A stretch of DNA of 64,000 nt from a virus (IMGVR_UViG_3300015607_002835:6976-70975), one strand, 5' to 3'; numbered from the stretch's first letter, positions 43,337-55,562 are shown. The notes: a model not told the origin generated them from the letters alone. Numbers and translations: made by a program.

Positions 43337-44178
43337 TCAGTCATTCGCGTCTTCTCCAATATCCAAATCCAAATCAATTTCCGAATATGCAAACAAATCC
43401 GGACGGTATTTAGACATCCCAAGGATGTACTTACACCAGTCTTTGATGTAGTGAAAATAACCAACCCATCCAAGGTTAGTAATTTCCCACCAATCAAATT
43501 TGACCTTTGATAGAAAATTATCAATCATCGAAAACACCTCATCTGTTTATGCAATTATAACAACGATTTACGAATTTGTAAATCGTTTATTATGCAACAG
43601 CTGGTTTTCCTTGAAGGTGTTGGTTGTGTTGTTGTGATAGGTGAGTTTTGAGCTTGTTACGAATTTGTTCAAAGAAGGTTCTCATCTTGTTGATGTCGCG
43701 TAACAAAGTTTCACGAGATTGATCATCTTCATTATCTTCTTCTAGGTTCTTAAGAAGCTGCTCGTATTGCTCAATGAACGAAGGCGCTGCTTCGCCTACT
43801 TGCTTAACTCTCTCGTCTGCGATGACTTTATGATTTTCGTCTTCACCAAAAGTCTTTTCTTGGCCGACTTCAGCAATATCATTCAATAGGCGTAGAAGAT
43901 TTTTAGGATTGCTAATGTCGCTAAAGCCGCTGCGCAGATCAGATTTACCAATCACTCGGAATCCTGCTAAAGTCTTGGCAAGATCTGAAGGATCAATATC
44001 TTGCTGCTTTAGGGTTCGATGACGATTGTTTAGCTTCGCGAATACTTGACCAAGATATTTATCGGCGCTTTCAGACAAAGTGATAGAGCGCTGGAACTCA
44101 AGGTCAGAGCTGATAGTTTGAAGTTCTTGGATTAGTTTTAGCATTTTGACGCCTAAATAGAGTGCGAATGAACATATT

Positions 44179-44745
44179 CTATTTATAGTCGATTATGCCG
44201 AAAATTTCAAACCCTTCAAATATTTGGCGCCACGCCAACCCATCAAAAAAGTCGATTAACACGACCTTTTTAGGATCAAGGTGCGGGTGATTTAGAACTG
44301 AAATGTCATCATCGAGGATCAAATAGTTCTTAATCTCTCCACGATAATGTGAAAGCCAATAAGATATTTCGTCAGCTCTGCTCCACATCTTATGCTTTAT
44401 TGTTTTCCAATCATCATGAAATGCTGTATAGGAGTGATCAAATCCATTCACGCTTAGGATTTTCTGTATTTCTTCCTTGGCCGCGTACTTCGTCCAGTTT
44501 GAAGACACTACAATTTTTGATCCTGAAGCTTCAACCCATTTGTTCAGGGCGTTCACTGCACAGGGGTCAAATTGTATTTTGCACTTCTTTTCGAAATCGT
44601 CTTGCCAAGAGCATTCGTCGTCCCCAACCACTATGCCATAATTTTGCTTCGCATAATGCATTCGCGCAGGCAAAAGTGGACCATCTATGTCAACAAAGAT
44701 GATCGAATCGCCGGTTAAATTGAGTTTAAACATCATCCCTCCCAA
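44179..44745 (-). CDS. HAD-fold phosphatase, RNA-repair-associated (HAD_SAK-like)
   Basis: FVDIDGPL, IVVSSNW, R..EI..WL, Y.ILDDD. Confidence 0.75.
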   Translation of the reverse strand: MGGMMFKLNLTGDSIIFVDIDGPLLPARMHYAKQNYGIVVGDDECSWQDDFEKKCKIQFDPCAVNALNKWVEASGSKIVVSSNWTKYAAKEEIQKILSVNGFDHSYTAFHDDWKTIKHKMWSRADEISYWLSHYRGEIKNYLILDDDISVLNHPHLDPKKVVLIDFFDGLAWRQIFEGFEIFGIIDYK

Positions 44746-45169
44746 CGGTAATGTGAAATGGGTAATTCTCCTTCAGACCAAGTTGACGACGAATTTCAAC
44801 CATCTCCTTGGTGGGTTTCACTTTCAAAACCCAGAACTGCCACTGCTTTCTCACTTCTACATCGTACGGAACGGAAATAATTTTTCCGTTAAGGGAATTC
44901 TTTAGCAAGCTAAAAGTTTTTTCGTCTTTAACACGATCCTTGTCGCTAACTACAGTAATATGCGTACCCCAAGCTGGCTTCGACAGATTGAGATTGAACT
45001 TCCTATTTAGCCACCAAGAATAATACTCAGTGATGCCGTTATCAACCTTCAGAATGATTGCATTATCAAATGCACGATGAGCCTTCTTTAATCCTGGACG
45101 ATCCGGACTGAAGATAAACTTACCATTACATTTCGCATCCTGAAGGTTCAATTGCATAATCAAATCCAA
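44726..45169 (-). CDS. 2H phosphoesterase
   Basis: Two HxT motifs: WGTHITVV and PFHITVG. Confidence 0.7.
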   Translation of the reverse strand: MDLIMQLNLQDAKCNGKFIFSPDRPGLKKAHRAFDNAIILKVDNGITEYYSWWLNRKFNLNLSKPAWGTHITVVSDKDRVKDEKTFSLLKNSLNGKIISVPYDVEVRKQWQFWVLKVKPTKEMVEIRRQLGLKENYPFHITVGRDDV

Positions 45170-45926
45170 AATATTGACACATCTCTTTCAGTCTTTCGAG
45201 AGGTGCCATGGTTTCAATAAAAAATTCACGATCGTCGCGAACAAATAGATTGTATAACGGTTTGTTCGAATCGTAAATATAGAAATTGAAAAAACGAAAC
45301 TCTTTTGGGTCTGACTTTTTAATTACGAGTGGCAATCTCTCTTCAAATACTGAAATCGCATAATACCTATCATTATCTTCGGTAAACATAGACAGGAAAT
45401 CAAGAAGCTTTGATTTCCCGCTCAAACACTTCTTCTCTTCTTTGTCGAGAAAGAGTGATGTGTCACCAACATAAAAATTGATAGGCTTTTTTGCTAGTCC
45501 TTCAGGCATTAGTATCCTCAATAAGAGTGCTCATGTGTGCGCATGATCCTACCACGAGTTTTGAATTCGGGGTCGATGTTCCCATCCTTTTCATGCTCAT
45601 CAGGATTAAATAATTCCCGCTGTTGGCCACGCATAAACGGGTGTCTCGATTTTCTACGAGACAGTAGTGGAATCTTTTCTACTCGATACGAGATTCCGCT
45701 AGAATATCGCTCATTATGAGTTCGCTCGTCATTTAGCCGATCACATTCGCTATGCGCGACAGTGGGGTCTTCAGTTGCAAACAAAAGGGTCTTCACCTCT
45801 TGGTTTATCTGGTTTAATGTACCGCGATAAACAACGAAGATAAAGTGTTCGCGTCGATTTTGGGTTGCGTGTGACATCACGAATCTCCTTAAATGAGAAA
45901 ACATCAAACTAGATACAACGTCCCCC

Positions 45927-46379
45927 TTAACGTACTGCGTTTTTTACGGTCCTTCGAATCTCGCGGTCGATATCCTTGGTCTTTTTAGCTTCTCTCTTGT
46001 CATGAAGCTTTTTGCCCTTGGCTAGGGCAATTTCCATTTTAATACGCCGATTCTTGTAGTAGATCTTTACAGGAACGAGCGTAAATCCGGAAATTTGAGT
46101 CTTACCAATCAGCTTGGAAATTTCACTCTTGTTGAGTAGGAGTTTCCGAGACCGCATGGGATCGACATTGGTGAACGAGGTGTTTTTACCAACCGGAGTA
46201 ATGTTGCACCCAATTAGAAAAACTTCTTCACCTATAACGCGAACATACGCTTCGTTAAGTGACAGTTTTCCAGCAAGAATTCCTTTTACTTCCCATCCTT
46301 CAAGGACCATCCCACACTCGTAGAATGTCTCAAGGAAATACTGGAATCCGGCATTTTTGTTGTTGGCTAGTACTTTCAC
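45927..46379 (-). CDS. smpB: SsrA-binding protein SmpB
   Basis: A.NK.A...Y...E..ECG.VL.GWEVK, R.RKLLL.K.EI, ALAKGKKLHDKR; GTG start at 46379 overlaps the upstream TGA. Confidence 0.92.
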   Translation of the reverse strand: MKVLANNKNAGFQYFLETFYECGMVLEGWEVKGILAGKLSLNEAYVRVIGEEVFLIGCNITPVGKNTSFTNVDPMRSRKLLLNKSEISKLIGKTQISGFTLVPVKIYYKNRRIKMEIALAKGKKLHDKREAKKTKDIDREIRRTVKNAVR

Positions 46380-47066
46380 TTCTCTTTTTCCTGTTCTCGG
46401 CCAATAAAGACCTTCCCGCGAACACTGTTCAAAGAAACAAACCTTGTGTTCTTTTCGCAAGATTTACATTTATCATCCATTAGCTGCTGAACTACCTGGC
46501 GCTGATGGACACCGTCTTCGTAATCTGCCCTATATTTCTGTGGTACAGTTTTTCCTACGCTGTCTTGGTTCTCTTCAAGCTGCAAAGATCTGCCAAGTTC
46601 AAAGAAAAACTTTCGATTTAAGCAATCCTTGAACTCTCCAACTAAAGCAACAAACGTAGATTTCGGGATCATCAGCATAGCAGAGCGATGATTTCCAGCA
46701 GCTTCAGCTTCGCTGACCTCTTTGCTGACTTTATGGAAAAGATTCATGACCTCTTCACCAGTCATCTCACCAAACATCTTAGTCATCATAATCTCCTAAA
46801 AAGCATTGACAATTGTGCGTCTACAGCTTTTTATTATGAGACTATACTATACTAAAGTTTACTACTTGTAAACATTTTTTCAGAAATCTTCTTCAAATTC
46901 TTTAAGCTGTTTTTCGATTTCTCGAACATCATCCTTCCGGCGCTTTGCTCGGCTTGATGTGTCTTTCCAGCTTTCAACATCATCAAGATCAATAAACTTA
47001 ATCTTGTTCTTGGGTCGAGCTCGAATGGCCCGACCCTGTTTTTGAAACTCTTCCAAATACGACATG

Positions 47067-47567
47067 TTAGTGGTTGCTTACTCGCATGTGTGGGACGTTG
47101 TCGAAAATTCCGCCGTGTTCCATAGTGCAGAAGAAACTTCCATCATTATCAGAATACTCGAAGGTGTAAACGTCCATTCCTTCGAATTCAGACTTGATCT
47201 TTTCTGCCATGACAGCTCGATGCGCAGAGCTTGCCTTTTCGTATGCGTCCCAATCGTAATCGTAGCCTTTTCCGTCAGCGCTACGCTTACGGAAGCTATC
47301 AAAGTTTGGTGCACCAGGCAAGTGACCACCAAGAGCCTCAGCGATTTGCTCATCTGCGTTAGGAGTTTGATCTCGCATATCGCGGGTTACTTGATCAGCA
47401 ATTTCTTTCGTTGTGAAAGTGCCTATCCAGTCATACGCTGTGATAGCTTCCTGACCGGCGAACAAGTAGTTTTGGACATTGTCGCTAGAGATTTCCATAC
47501 CCTTCGGAAATGCGACGATGAAAGAGGAGCTTGAGCTGTTGCTTACGAAGCCTTGACGAATTTTCAT
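47067..47567 (-). CDS. Conserved phage hypothetical protein (MKIRxGFVSNSSSSSF family)
   Basis: Characteristic N-terminus. Confidence 0.6.
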   Translation of the reverse strand: MKIRQGFVSNSSSSSFIVAFPKGMEISSDNVQNYLFAGQEAITAYDWIGTFTTKEIADQVTRDMRDQTPNADEQIAEALGGHLPGAPNFDSFRKRSADGKGYDYDWDAYEKASSAHRAVMAEKIKSEFEGMDVYTFEYSDNDGSFFCTMEHGGIFDNVPHMRVSNH

Positions 47568-47887
47568 TTGATTACCTTTTCACCTTGGAATGCCAAGATA
47601 AAATTGGACATTCCGAATGCAATGTTTTCGGCGTTCTTAGCCTTCTCAACCATTGCTTTTGCCTTTTTGATATTTTCTTCACGAACCTTTTTGCCACTTT
47701 CAGCGATTGATGCTATTGCTGTTTTTGCCAAAGTTTTCGCTTCTTCCAGAGAACCAGCTTTAAGAATCTGATGAACCACATCCATAGAAAAAATCCCCGT
47801 GCTGCAATTTTCCATCTTCTTTTATCCCTTTTGTTCTTGGTTATTTGAGTATTTTATACTCAGTTTTTCTTTTTGTAAACTACAAAC

Positions 47888-48637
47888 TTACAAATATTTT
47901 TCTGTCTTAGTGTTCAGTACACCAAACGGAGTAACGATCTGCTTGCCATCTTCAGAGATTGTATACTCTGCACCGATGGATTTAACAGGAGGGAACATGA
48001 CAAACATCTTAACGAGAGTGTTAAGAACCTCTAAATCGGATTCTTGCCGATAGAGGAATTTAGTAGTATGAACATTGTTGAGATGCGCGGCTGCCTGGGA
48101 CTTCGAATACACCTCAATGTCCATCATTAATCCCAAATACTGAGCAATCTGGAAACAAATGAACTTGTGAACTTCTTTTGCTGGTTCCTTACCGAAATCT
48201 TTAATCTCAGAAAAATCGATTTCAAGGATTGCCTTCAGCTTATCAAAAACATTCTCAGCACGAAGTGCTTCCTTAACAATAGGACGATATTGCGTTCGTG
48301 AGCAATGCGACAGAATCCCACGGATTACACGAAGCCACTTAAGACAAATATCACGCTGAACCTTCTTGGTGACAGGAATCGGATGAATTTGTTCATGAAG
48401 ATGGTATGTTGCAAGAATGCTGTTGTTCACTTCGTCAACGGTTCCCTTATACACGTCGACAACTTGACCATCCTTTACAACTATCAAGTTCCCATTGACC
48501 GCATGCTTATGTGAAAGATCATCACAAAGCTTCTTTGCTTCATTGAACGTTCCAAGCTGGTCAACTAGAAAGTAGACATCAACATCCAACGAGTCTTCTG
48601 ATCCGTGGAAAATAAAAGGCGCTGCAATTTCAGTCAT
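47888..48637 (-). CDS. Putative nucleotidyltransferase-fold protein
   Basis: GS.DS.D.DVY motif. Confidence 0.45.
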   Translation of the reverse strand: MTEIAAPFIFHGSEDSLDVDVYFLVDQLGTFNEAKKLCDDLSHKHAVNGNLIVVKDGQVVDVYKGTVDEVNNSILATYHLHEQIHPIPVTKKVQRDICLKWLRVIRGILSHCSRTQYRPIVKEALRAENVFDKLKAILEIDFSEIKDFGKEPAKEVHKFICFQIAQYLGLMMDIEVYSKSQAAAHLNNVHTTKFLYRQESDLEVLNTLVKMFVMFPPVKSIGAEYTISEDGKQIVTPFGVLNTKTEKYL

Positions 48638-49248
48638 CTTAGAATTTCTCCTTTTTCGGAATTATATCACAACTTCCGAAAAAAGTTAATGTAGAACCAA
48701 CCAATGCAAATAAAGATGAAAATTAAGGTCGCCTTTTCTGACCAAGTCATTCGTTCCATTCGATCTGTCCCCTTTTAAAATCAAATCCGAAACCAATCAG
48801 CTGAGCAAATTCAACAGCAGAAAAACTCTTATCACCAACAATGGAAGAGTTGAACTTATATTCGTGACCAATTAGCTCAATTGGTGCCCGAGAAGTATCT
48901 ACTTCAGTGACGATAACACGAAGTTTAGCACCATCCTTTACAACTTTTATTTTGTTCTTTATCATCTTCGGTGTAATAAATAAATTTTAGGAGGAAATCA
49001 TGCAAGTAACTGACATTATGCCACCGATCCCCACTATGGATTATTCAAAGTTCATGGATAAGATGATGGCGAACTACGAAAAATATCCAAAGAATAGTTT
49101 ATCGCAGCGCGAGGTTGTCCAGTCTATTGACCTTGGTACTATGAGTTTTGAGGAAGCTCAGAAAATTGCTGATAAACTCAATGACGAAGTCACAAACACA
49201 ATCCTAAGCTTCCAATCAAATCTCAACAAAAAGACCAAGAAGTAAAGT

Positions 49249-49755
49249 TTATTTCGCGAGACCGTATTGATTCAGACGTTCGCAAAGATCAAAATCGAAC
49301 TTTGTAAAAGAACCCTCTTCAACGATCATCACTTCCATACCTGGGTGGCGCGGGTAAAACGACAGCAGTTGACGTGATTCATTGTAGTCGTAGTTATCCT
49401 TGCGCATACGAGCAGCCGTGTCATAAATTTTCGGCGGAAGAATCAGGCCGACGTAAGTAAGCGCGCCATTCAGCGAAACCTCATCTTCATGAAACTTCAC
49501 GAACGGATAGGGGTTCTCTTCGCAGTAAAGGAACGAGTAAAGGTCAGCCAAATCCGCCGAGTTACCACCGTTCAGAAGAACCATGGTTTTGTGATTCTCT
49601 GCCCAGTCGTTATACATGTCTTGACAGGGTTTGATGTCAAAATGACCCTGCTCATGAATGTTGTATTTCACATGCAGATCGACTGCGGCATGGCCAGCCT
49701 GCAGACCTTGTTGCAGGGACGAAAGGTAGTAGTTACCAAAACCGTAAAAACGCAT
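49249..49755 (-). CDS. Pth2-like peptidyl-tRNA hydrolase homologue
   Basis: G.QAGHAA, KT.VLL, F.EDE..L...LT. Confidence 0.45.
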   Translation of the reverse strand: MRFYGFGNYYLSSLQQGLQAGHAAVDLHVKYNIHEQGHFDIKPCQDMYNDWAENHKTMVLLNGGNSADLADLYSFLYCEENPYPFVKFHEDEVSLNGALTYVGLILPPKIYDTAARMRKDNYDYNESRQLLSFYPRHPGMEVMIVEEGSFTKFDFDLCERLNQYGLAK

Positions 49756-49857
49756 CTTATTTCTCCAAAGATTTCAAAAGTCCAAAAATCAGGGCGCGAC
49801 AAGCAAACTTACCATCGACGATCTTGTCAACAATAAAGAACGTATCAAAACGAGGAT

Positions 49858-50277
49858 TCACTTTAATTCGTTCTTGGTAGAAAAGAGCAGCCTCATCTTG
49901 TGAAGCAAAATCTGGACCAAATTGGGATTCGTGTCCGGTGCAAAATCCACGGCGCATGAGGCGATATACTGTTGACATTTGTCTTCCCATTTATCAAGTT
50001 TGTTTTGTGCAATTTCCATCAACTGTTCTTCAGTGATGTCGATACCATTCTTTTGTGCGTGGATATAAATCATGTCTACCAAGCAGAGGATGGCGTCAAT
50101 TGATTCACCGATAATTCCATCTGGACCTGGATCTTTATATGACTTACCACCGCACTTGATTGAGATTTCCTGAGCCAGTTCACCAACTTCTTCCATCGTA
50201 TGGGCAAGAATAGAATATTCTTCACGATAGACTGGAATTCTGCGACTGACTTCTAGGATTTGGTTAATTAGGCTCAT
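49858..50277 (-). CDS. MazG-like all-alpha NTP pyrophosphatase
   Basis: MEEVGELAQEI ... GE..D. Confidence 0.7.
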   Translation of the reverse strand: MSLINQILEVSRRIPVYREEYSILAHTMEEVGELAQEISIKCGGKSYKDPGPDGIIGESIDAILCLVDMIYIHAQKNGIDITEEQLMEIAQNKLDKWEDKCQQYIASCAVDFAPDTNPNLVQILLHKMRLLFSTKNELK

Positions 50278-50338
50278 ATCAGTTACGACAGAAAGAAAAC
50301 AGAAACATTATAACACGGTTTTATTCCTGCGTAAACGA

Positions 50339-50746
50339 TTACTTGTATTGCGCGGAAGAAGATTTACGTTGGTCGTAATGATGATCGCAACAAGGTTCGC
50401 CCTGATTGAACTTCACACGTACTGCTCGATCGTCCCAAAGCTGAATCATTCCGTAATCCTTAATGTTGGTAACCTCAAGGCGAACACCAAGATGTTTTTC
50501 GGACCATTCTTCAACATAAGGAATATGATCAGCAACGCAAGCGCGAGCAGTAAAGATTTTGACAGTCTTTCCTTCAGCGAGCCACTGCTTAATTCGAGCG
50601 ACCATTTCAGGAATTGGGTCACCAATATGATCAGGGCCCTTGAAGCCAGAATATTGTGCGAGTGTACCGTCTAGATCGACACCGATCCAAGCAGATTTTA
50701 GGCTCTTCAGGTTCTGCTCACCTGGAAGTAGAATGATACTTGACAT
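50339..50746 (-). CDS. HAD-superfamily phosphatase
   Basis: IGVDLDGTLA, IFTAR, LWDDRA. Confidence 0.75.
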   Translation of the reverse strand: MSSIILLPGEQNLKSLKSAWIGVDLDGTLAQYSGFKGPDHIGDPIPEMVARIKQWLAEGKTVKIFTARACVADHIPYVEEWSEKHLGVRLEVTNIKDYGMIQLWDDRAVRVKFNQGEPCCDHHYDQRKSSSAQYK

Positions 50747-50774
50747 GATAAATACCTTTTTATGGAGAAATCAA

Positions 50775-51146
50775 ATGTTTCTTGAAGAATTAAAACCAAA
50801 CCTTCTAATAGAAGAAGCTATGGCGCTGTTTGAAAAAGAAGACCAAGGAGCACAAGCCATTCAGCATATGGTATCACAGTTACCCAAATTTCCTGGTACT
50901 CAGTTGAAAAAAGAAATTGATTCATTGATTAAATCTTCTGCGGATTTGTTGAAGGATTTTGCTAAGAAGGCGAAACCATTTGCTCAAGAGCGCGGTTATC
51001 GCACCCAGATTTTTGACGTGATACTTGACAATCCTGAAAAGGTCGCAAAGACTCTTATCAAGAAATATGCTTCGGCTTATAAGGCTGATGGAATGGTGTT
51101 TAACTTGAGAGATATTCTTAAGGATATCGACTTGAACTTAAAATAA
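50775..51146 (+). CDS. Hypothetical protein, possible internal head protein
   Basis: ATG with GGAG RBS; MFLEEL..LLIEEA. Confidence 0.5.
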   Translation: MFLEELKPNLLIEEAMALFEKEDQGAQAIQHMVSQLPKFPGTQLKKEIDSLIKSSADLLKDFAKKAKPFAQERGYRTQIFDVILDNPEKVAKTLIKKYASAYKADGMVFNLRDILKDIDLNLK

Positions 51147-51443
51147 GTTCCAATGCCAGACGTGTTCGCAGAATGCATCAAAGTCTGGCATTTCGCAAAC
51201 TTCGTCGTAAGTGAGGAACATATTGTCCTCATTATGAGAGAATTCTGAATAAAGTTTAGCAAGAGTTATGGCAAATTTTGCTTGATCCGTGAAAATTTGA
51301 ATTCCTTCAATTTCATCGTAGTCAATATTATAGCTGCTTGGATTTTTAAGGATCATGCCATAACTGGTCAATTTACCAGAAGAATCCACATTTGTTGATT
51401 CAATAATCTGTTTAAGTGTTTCCAGTTTCATGATGATTCCTTT

Positions 51444-51519
51444 TGGAGCGGGCGAGGAGATTCGAACTCCCGACATCTTCCTTGGCAAGGAAGTGCTCTA
51501 CCAACTGAGCTACGCCCGC
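51444..51519 (-). tRNA. tRNA-Gly(GCC)
   Basis: Canonical cloverleaf, CTTCC-TTGCCAA-GGAAG, CCA encoded. Confidence 0.95.
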
Positions 51520-51909
51520 TTAGATTAAGCGTGTTGTCTTTTCAGACGAGTAAAGTATTTTTTGATTTCGTCTTCTTCATCAAAGCTGTGAATTGGCATT
51601 CCACCGTATTGGCAGTCAACTTTTCCATTCTTTGGAAGATCGACGTAGACTTCAATAACTACCCACTGTTCTTCATCGTCGTCAAACCATGCATATTGAT
51701 AGCCATGAGATTTTGACTTTTCATAGAAACCTGAGTAAGCAAAATAACCGAGTTTTTCTGCTTGTTCTACTGAGCTGATTTCAGTTCCTTCACTGTAACC
51801 AGAGGATTTAAGTAACTCAACAACGTCAGCTGCAGTTAACTTTGCTGCATTAAAGTCTTGTACTCTACCTAACGATTCGAAAAGTTCTCTTAATTCCATA
51901 ATCTCTTTT

Positions 51910-51985
51910 TGGTGCTACTGATCGGGATTGAACCGATGACCTCTTCCTTACCAAGAAAGTGCTCTACCAACTGAGCTACAGCAGC
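51910..51985 (-). tRNA. tRNA-Thr(GGT)
   Basis: Canonical cloverleaf, loop TTGGTAA, CCA encoded. Confidence 0.95.
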
Positions 51986-52034
51986 ATACCCTCACTGTAA
52001 TAGTAAGGGTATTTATAGAATCCGAACTTATTTT

Positions 52035-52547
52035 TTACCGGCGCTTTGCAACCGCGGAAGGTTTAAACGAAGAAGACGAGGACGACGGAGCACTTGTCTT
52101 CGGTGGAGTAACAGTCGTCATCTTCGATGCAGCAACCGGTGTGAAAGTTTGCTTCGGCGCAGCCTGCTGAACTGGCACCGGTTGAGCAACAGGCGCTTGG
52201 ATTTTGGGTTGTGCCGGTGCCAGTGCAGAAATCGTCGTGGTCGGACGATAAACGTTGGTAGTTTGAGGTTGTTGCTTTTCTGCGCTATTCTTACCAGCGA
52301 GATACGCAGCGGTCCCAAGTGCTGCAGCACCAATTAGTGCCGTACCAGTACCAATACCGTCATGCTGTTGGACTACAACCGGCTGCTGCTGGTATGGTTG
52401 CTGGTATGGTTGCTGATATTGTTGAACTTGCGGGGCAGGTTGAGGGACGTATTGAGCTTGTTGGTTGGGGCTCGGGCCACATGCAGTCAAACTAGCAACC
52501 AAAACGAAAATGAAACCAAACTTAATACCACCATTGAAATTACGCAT
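52035..52547 (-). CDS. Putative lipoprotein, Q/P-rich
   Basis: Lipobox LTAC and a glycine-zipper-like GTALIGAAALG segment. Confidence 0.65.
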   Translation of the reverse strand: MRNFNGGIKFGFIFVLVASLTACGPSPNQQAQYVPQPAPQVQQYQQPYQQPYQQQPVVVQQHDGIGTGTALIGAAALGTAAYLAGKNSAEKQQPQTTNVYRPTTTISALAPAQPKIQAPVAQPVPVQQAAPKQTFTPVAASKMTTVTPPKTSAPSSSSSSFKPSAVAKRR

Positions 52548-53530
52548 CAGAGTTTCTCCTTAATTTGCGTTAAAATTGAAAGTCTTTTTAAACAACTCGT
52601 TTAGTTCATCTTCCGCTTCCTTAAACTCCGGAAGATTACGATTACGAATCCACATATTGTATTTCAACCACTTTACGTTCTGTGGCTGGGTGATGTCCTT
52701 TCGGAGGATTGGGACATCTGCAATTTCGAGAAATTTTTCAAGCGCGCTCATTTGCTACCTCAATAGAATGCTCAGGCGTTGGGACAGAAAAAAGCTTCAT
52801 TGCGTCTTCTTCACGAATAACACTGGTCAGCTTAGCATTCCCGCCGTCGAAGTAGATGTAAACATCACCGTCACAATCTACGTAAGCGCCAACCGCTTCG
52901 AAGAACTGATGGTGATAGTTTGAGTAGAGGCGTTCACCCTTCATGATGGCTTTACCATCAACCCCAGCGGTCAGAAAATACTGACAATTGAGTGGAGGAA
53001 TTCCAAGTTCTTCTTCAACAGAAGACGTTTCCTTGATCTCGAAAGCATTGTAAACATGAACAAACATCCCATTTTCAAGAACGTAGTAATTCATGTTGTG
53101 GAGTTTTGCGGGAAAAATTTCACCAGCATGTTCTTCGATGAACTGGCGATTTTCCTTGGAGAGCCGTCCGTACGGAAATTCAACACCGCTCAAGCTTTTG
53201 GTAATTCTGATCTTTACAGTTGACATCTTTAAACCCCATCGAGAGTAGTTGAAAAGAATTATATCAACTACTCTCGAAAAAGTAAACTAGTTTTGCAACG
53301 TTTTGCGATATTCCTCAACAGTTAGGAAGAGTGATTCGTCCTTTGGCCGTTGATATGACAAATCCTTAACCCAGTCACTATGTGATTTGTAATGATGCCA
53401 GATGTACCAGCAATTCACCGCTCCTGGTTTGTTTTCAGAATAGTACCATTCATCCCACTTCATGAAAGTAGGGCGTTGACAATAGTCTAAAGGATTTGCA
53501 AGCTGCACGTGAGTACAGCCCCAAGGAATA

Positions 53531-54133
53531 TTATTCAGCGTAATTTGTCCATTCATCAGTGTAGACCTTTTTCAACCTATCCAAATATTCGATCGTCTTG
53601 ACCTTCACCATAAAGTCATCACCTTTGCAGATAACGCCTTCATAGACCGGATATTTTCCTTCACGAACGTCTTGAATGAATTGAGTATTCAAGTTGCCTT
53701 CGTAAATTACTTCAGCTCCCCAATCTTGATGACTGAATAGCTTAGCAAATGGGCGAGGAGGAATGAACCCTTGCTTAAAGACAAAAACATCAAACAATCT
53801 CAACTCTTTAGGCTCGTCAAACTCATGAGAACCAGCAAAGCTAGATTTACCGAAGAACTCGGTGAACGCCGTAATTCTTTCAGGTTTCCTTCCACAGAAA
53901 TGTTTGGTTGCGTCTACTACTGCAGGTCCAATCAAATCCAAGAAAGGTTCGATTGCTTGATTGTAAAGCGGAGTGTTTGCGTCGAACAGTTGACGACGTG
54001 TTCCGTATTTTACCCAACCTCTTTTGGGATTCCATTCCCAACGAAGGTTTGAGCCGTCATATTTGTTAAACGCGATGCATTTTTTACCGAGAGGAGCGTC
54101 CTTGCTCCCAATGATTGATGGGTACTGTAACAT
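53531..54133 (-). CDS. ATP-dependent RNA ligase (Rnl2-like)
   Basis: Motif I KYDGSN, F.EFFG, LFDV, EGVICK, terminal KVK. Confidence 0.75.
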   Translation of the reverse strand: MLQYPSIIGSKDAPLGKKCIAFNKYDGSNLRWEWNPKRGWVKYGTRRQLFDANTPLYNQAIEPFLDLIGPAVVDATKHFCGRKPERITAFTEFFGKSSFAGSHEFDEPKELRLFDVFVFKQGFIPPRPFAKLFSHQDWGAEVIYEGNLNTQFIQDVREGKYPVYEGVICKGDDFMVKVKTIEYLDRLKKVYTDEWTNYAE

Positions 54134-55040
54134 AGAAAGCCTTATTAGAAATTGTAGAAATGGTGGATTGTTTGGCTTTACAGACCTTCATGATACAGTA
54201 CCTCCTATTGATTTTCTTTTTAGAGTTCTAGCAGAGCGTAGCGCTTGCCAGAGATTTCCACGATGCCATAGCTTTCGCCAGTCTTCGGATGTTCGCTGAA
54301 ACCTTGGAACTTCATGTTCGGAACAAACTTGGCCGATTGATCAAGAGCTCGCTTGATCGTGGTCTTGGTCGGGACATCCCAACCTTTTGGTTTATTTACA
54401 ACGACCGGCTCAGCAGTCAGGCGTTGCGCATCAGAAAGCGGCTTGGAAACCGTGGGCTTCGGATCGGGAGTAGTCGTCAGAGCCGACTTTTCAGCCTTGC
54501 GTGCAGCACGAAACTTCTCGCTAGTGTTGAAGTACTTGTCGTACCACACCTTGAACGGAACTTCGTTGGTGTTGCCTACACCAGACTCGGGAATTTCCAC
54601 GACAATGCAGTCACCGTACAGCTTGAACAGGGAGAGAGGATGACGAAGCATCTTGTCCCTGTTATTTGTTTGCAGTGCTAGATGACTAGCAAATGCGGAA
54701 AGAGAAGACCAAATTTTCCCATTTGCCTTCCAACCGACAGTTTCTCCACCAGTTGAATACAATTGAACACCAGTTCCATTTTTACGGATTCGATACAGCA
54801 TTTTCTTTCCTTTCTAGTCTTTCACGTCGAATTTCTTTTTTAACTTCAGTTGCGATTTCTTCACCGTAATGCCATCTAACGGAATCTTGAATTTCTTCCG
54901 GTGAAAAATCCTCGTAAGATTCACATTCACCATTAGCAAGATTTGGACAGAGATAACCACAATTACCAGCGATCCCATAAGAATCACAAATACTCATGCC
55001 AACAGGATAGTGATCAGCTAAACTCATATGAGAATTATAA

Positions 55041-55562
55041 TCAGAAATCCTTGTACTGTAAACAGGAATTTATTCTTTTTCTCAGTTCGATGAGACCACC
55101 TTCAAAACTATGAGTGAAATAGATGTCATCATTACCAAAATACTTATGGGCTAAAGTGACTTGTACGTTAGTTTTTCGAGTGTATAGTGGATCACAGGCG
55201 ACTACAATAGTTTTGCTTATTTGACCTATTCGATTATTTCCTTGAAGAAGCCCAAGTTCATACAAAGAAATAGGAGAAACGGTATTAGCGGCCAAATGCA
55301 TGAAAATAAACTCAGATTTTTCAATAGAGTTTAATTCCCATGTGATTTGTTCAGTAATTAGGTCTTCATCTGGCGCTACGACCCTACGTGGGTTGTAGAT
55401 GTCAATTGGTAGGTCTTGAAGCCGGCGAATAGCTTTTGCTTGCCAATCAATGCTATTACCCATTTCAATCGTGCCAGCAAGAAATACCGAATATTTCCAT
55501 TCAGCTCCATTTTCATCTACCTTTGTTTCTGGTGTGAAAACTCTTGCTTTATTCGATATCAT
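55041..55562 (-). CDS. NDT-like nucleoside deoxyribosyltransferase, second copy
   Basis: VFLAGTI...WQ, YNPRR, QITWEL, SPISLYELG. Confidence 0.75.
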   Translation of the reverse strand: MISNKARVFTPETKVDENGAEWKYSVFLAGTIEMGNSIDWQAKAIRRLQDLPIDIYNPRRVVAPDEDLITEQITWELNSIEKSEFIFMHLAANTVSPISLYELGLLQGNNRIGQISKTIVVACDPLYTRKTNVQVTLAHKYFGNDDIYFTHSFEGGLIELRKRINSCLQYKDF

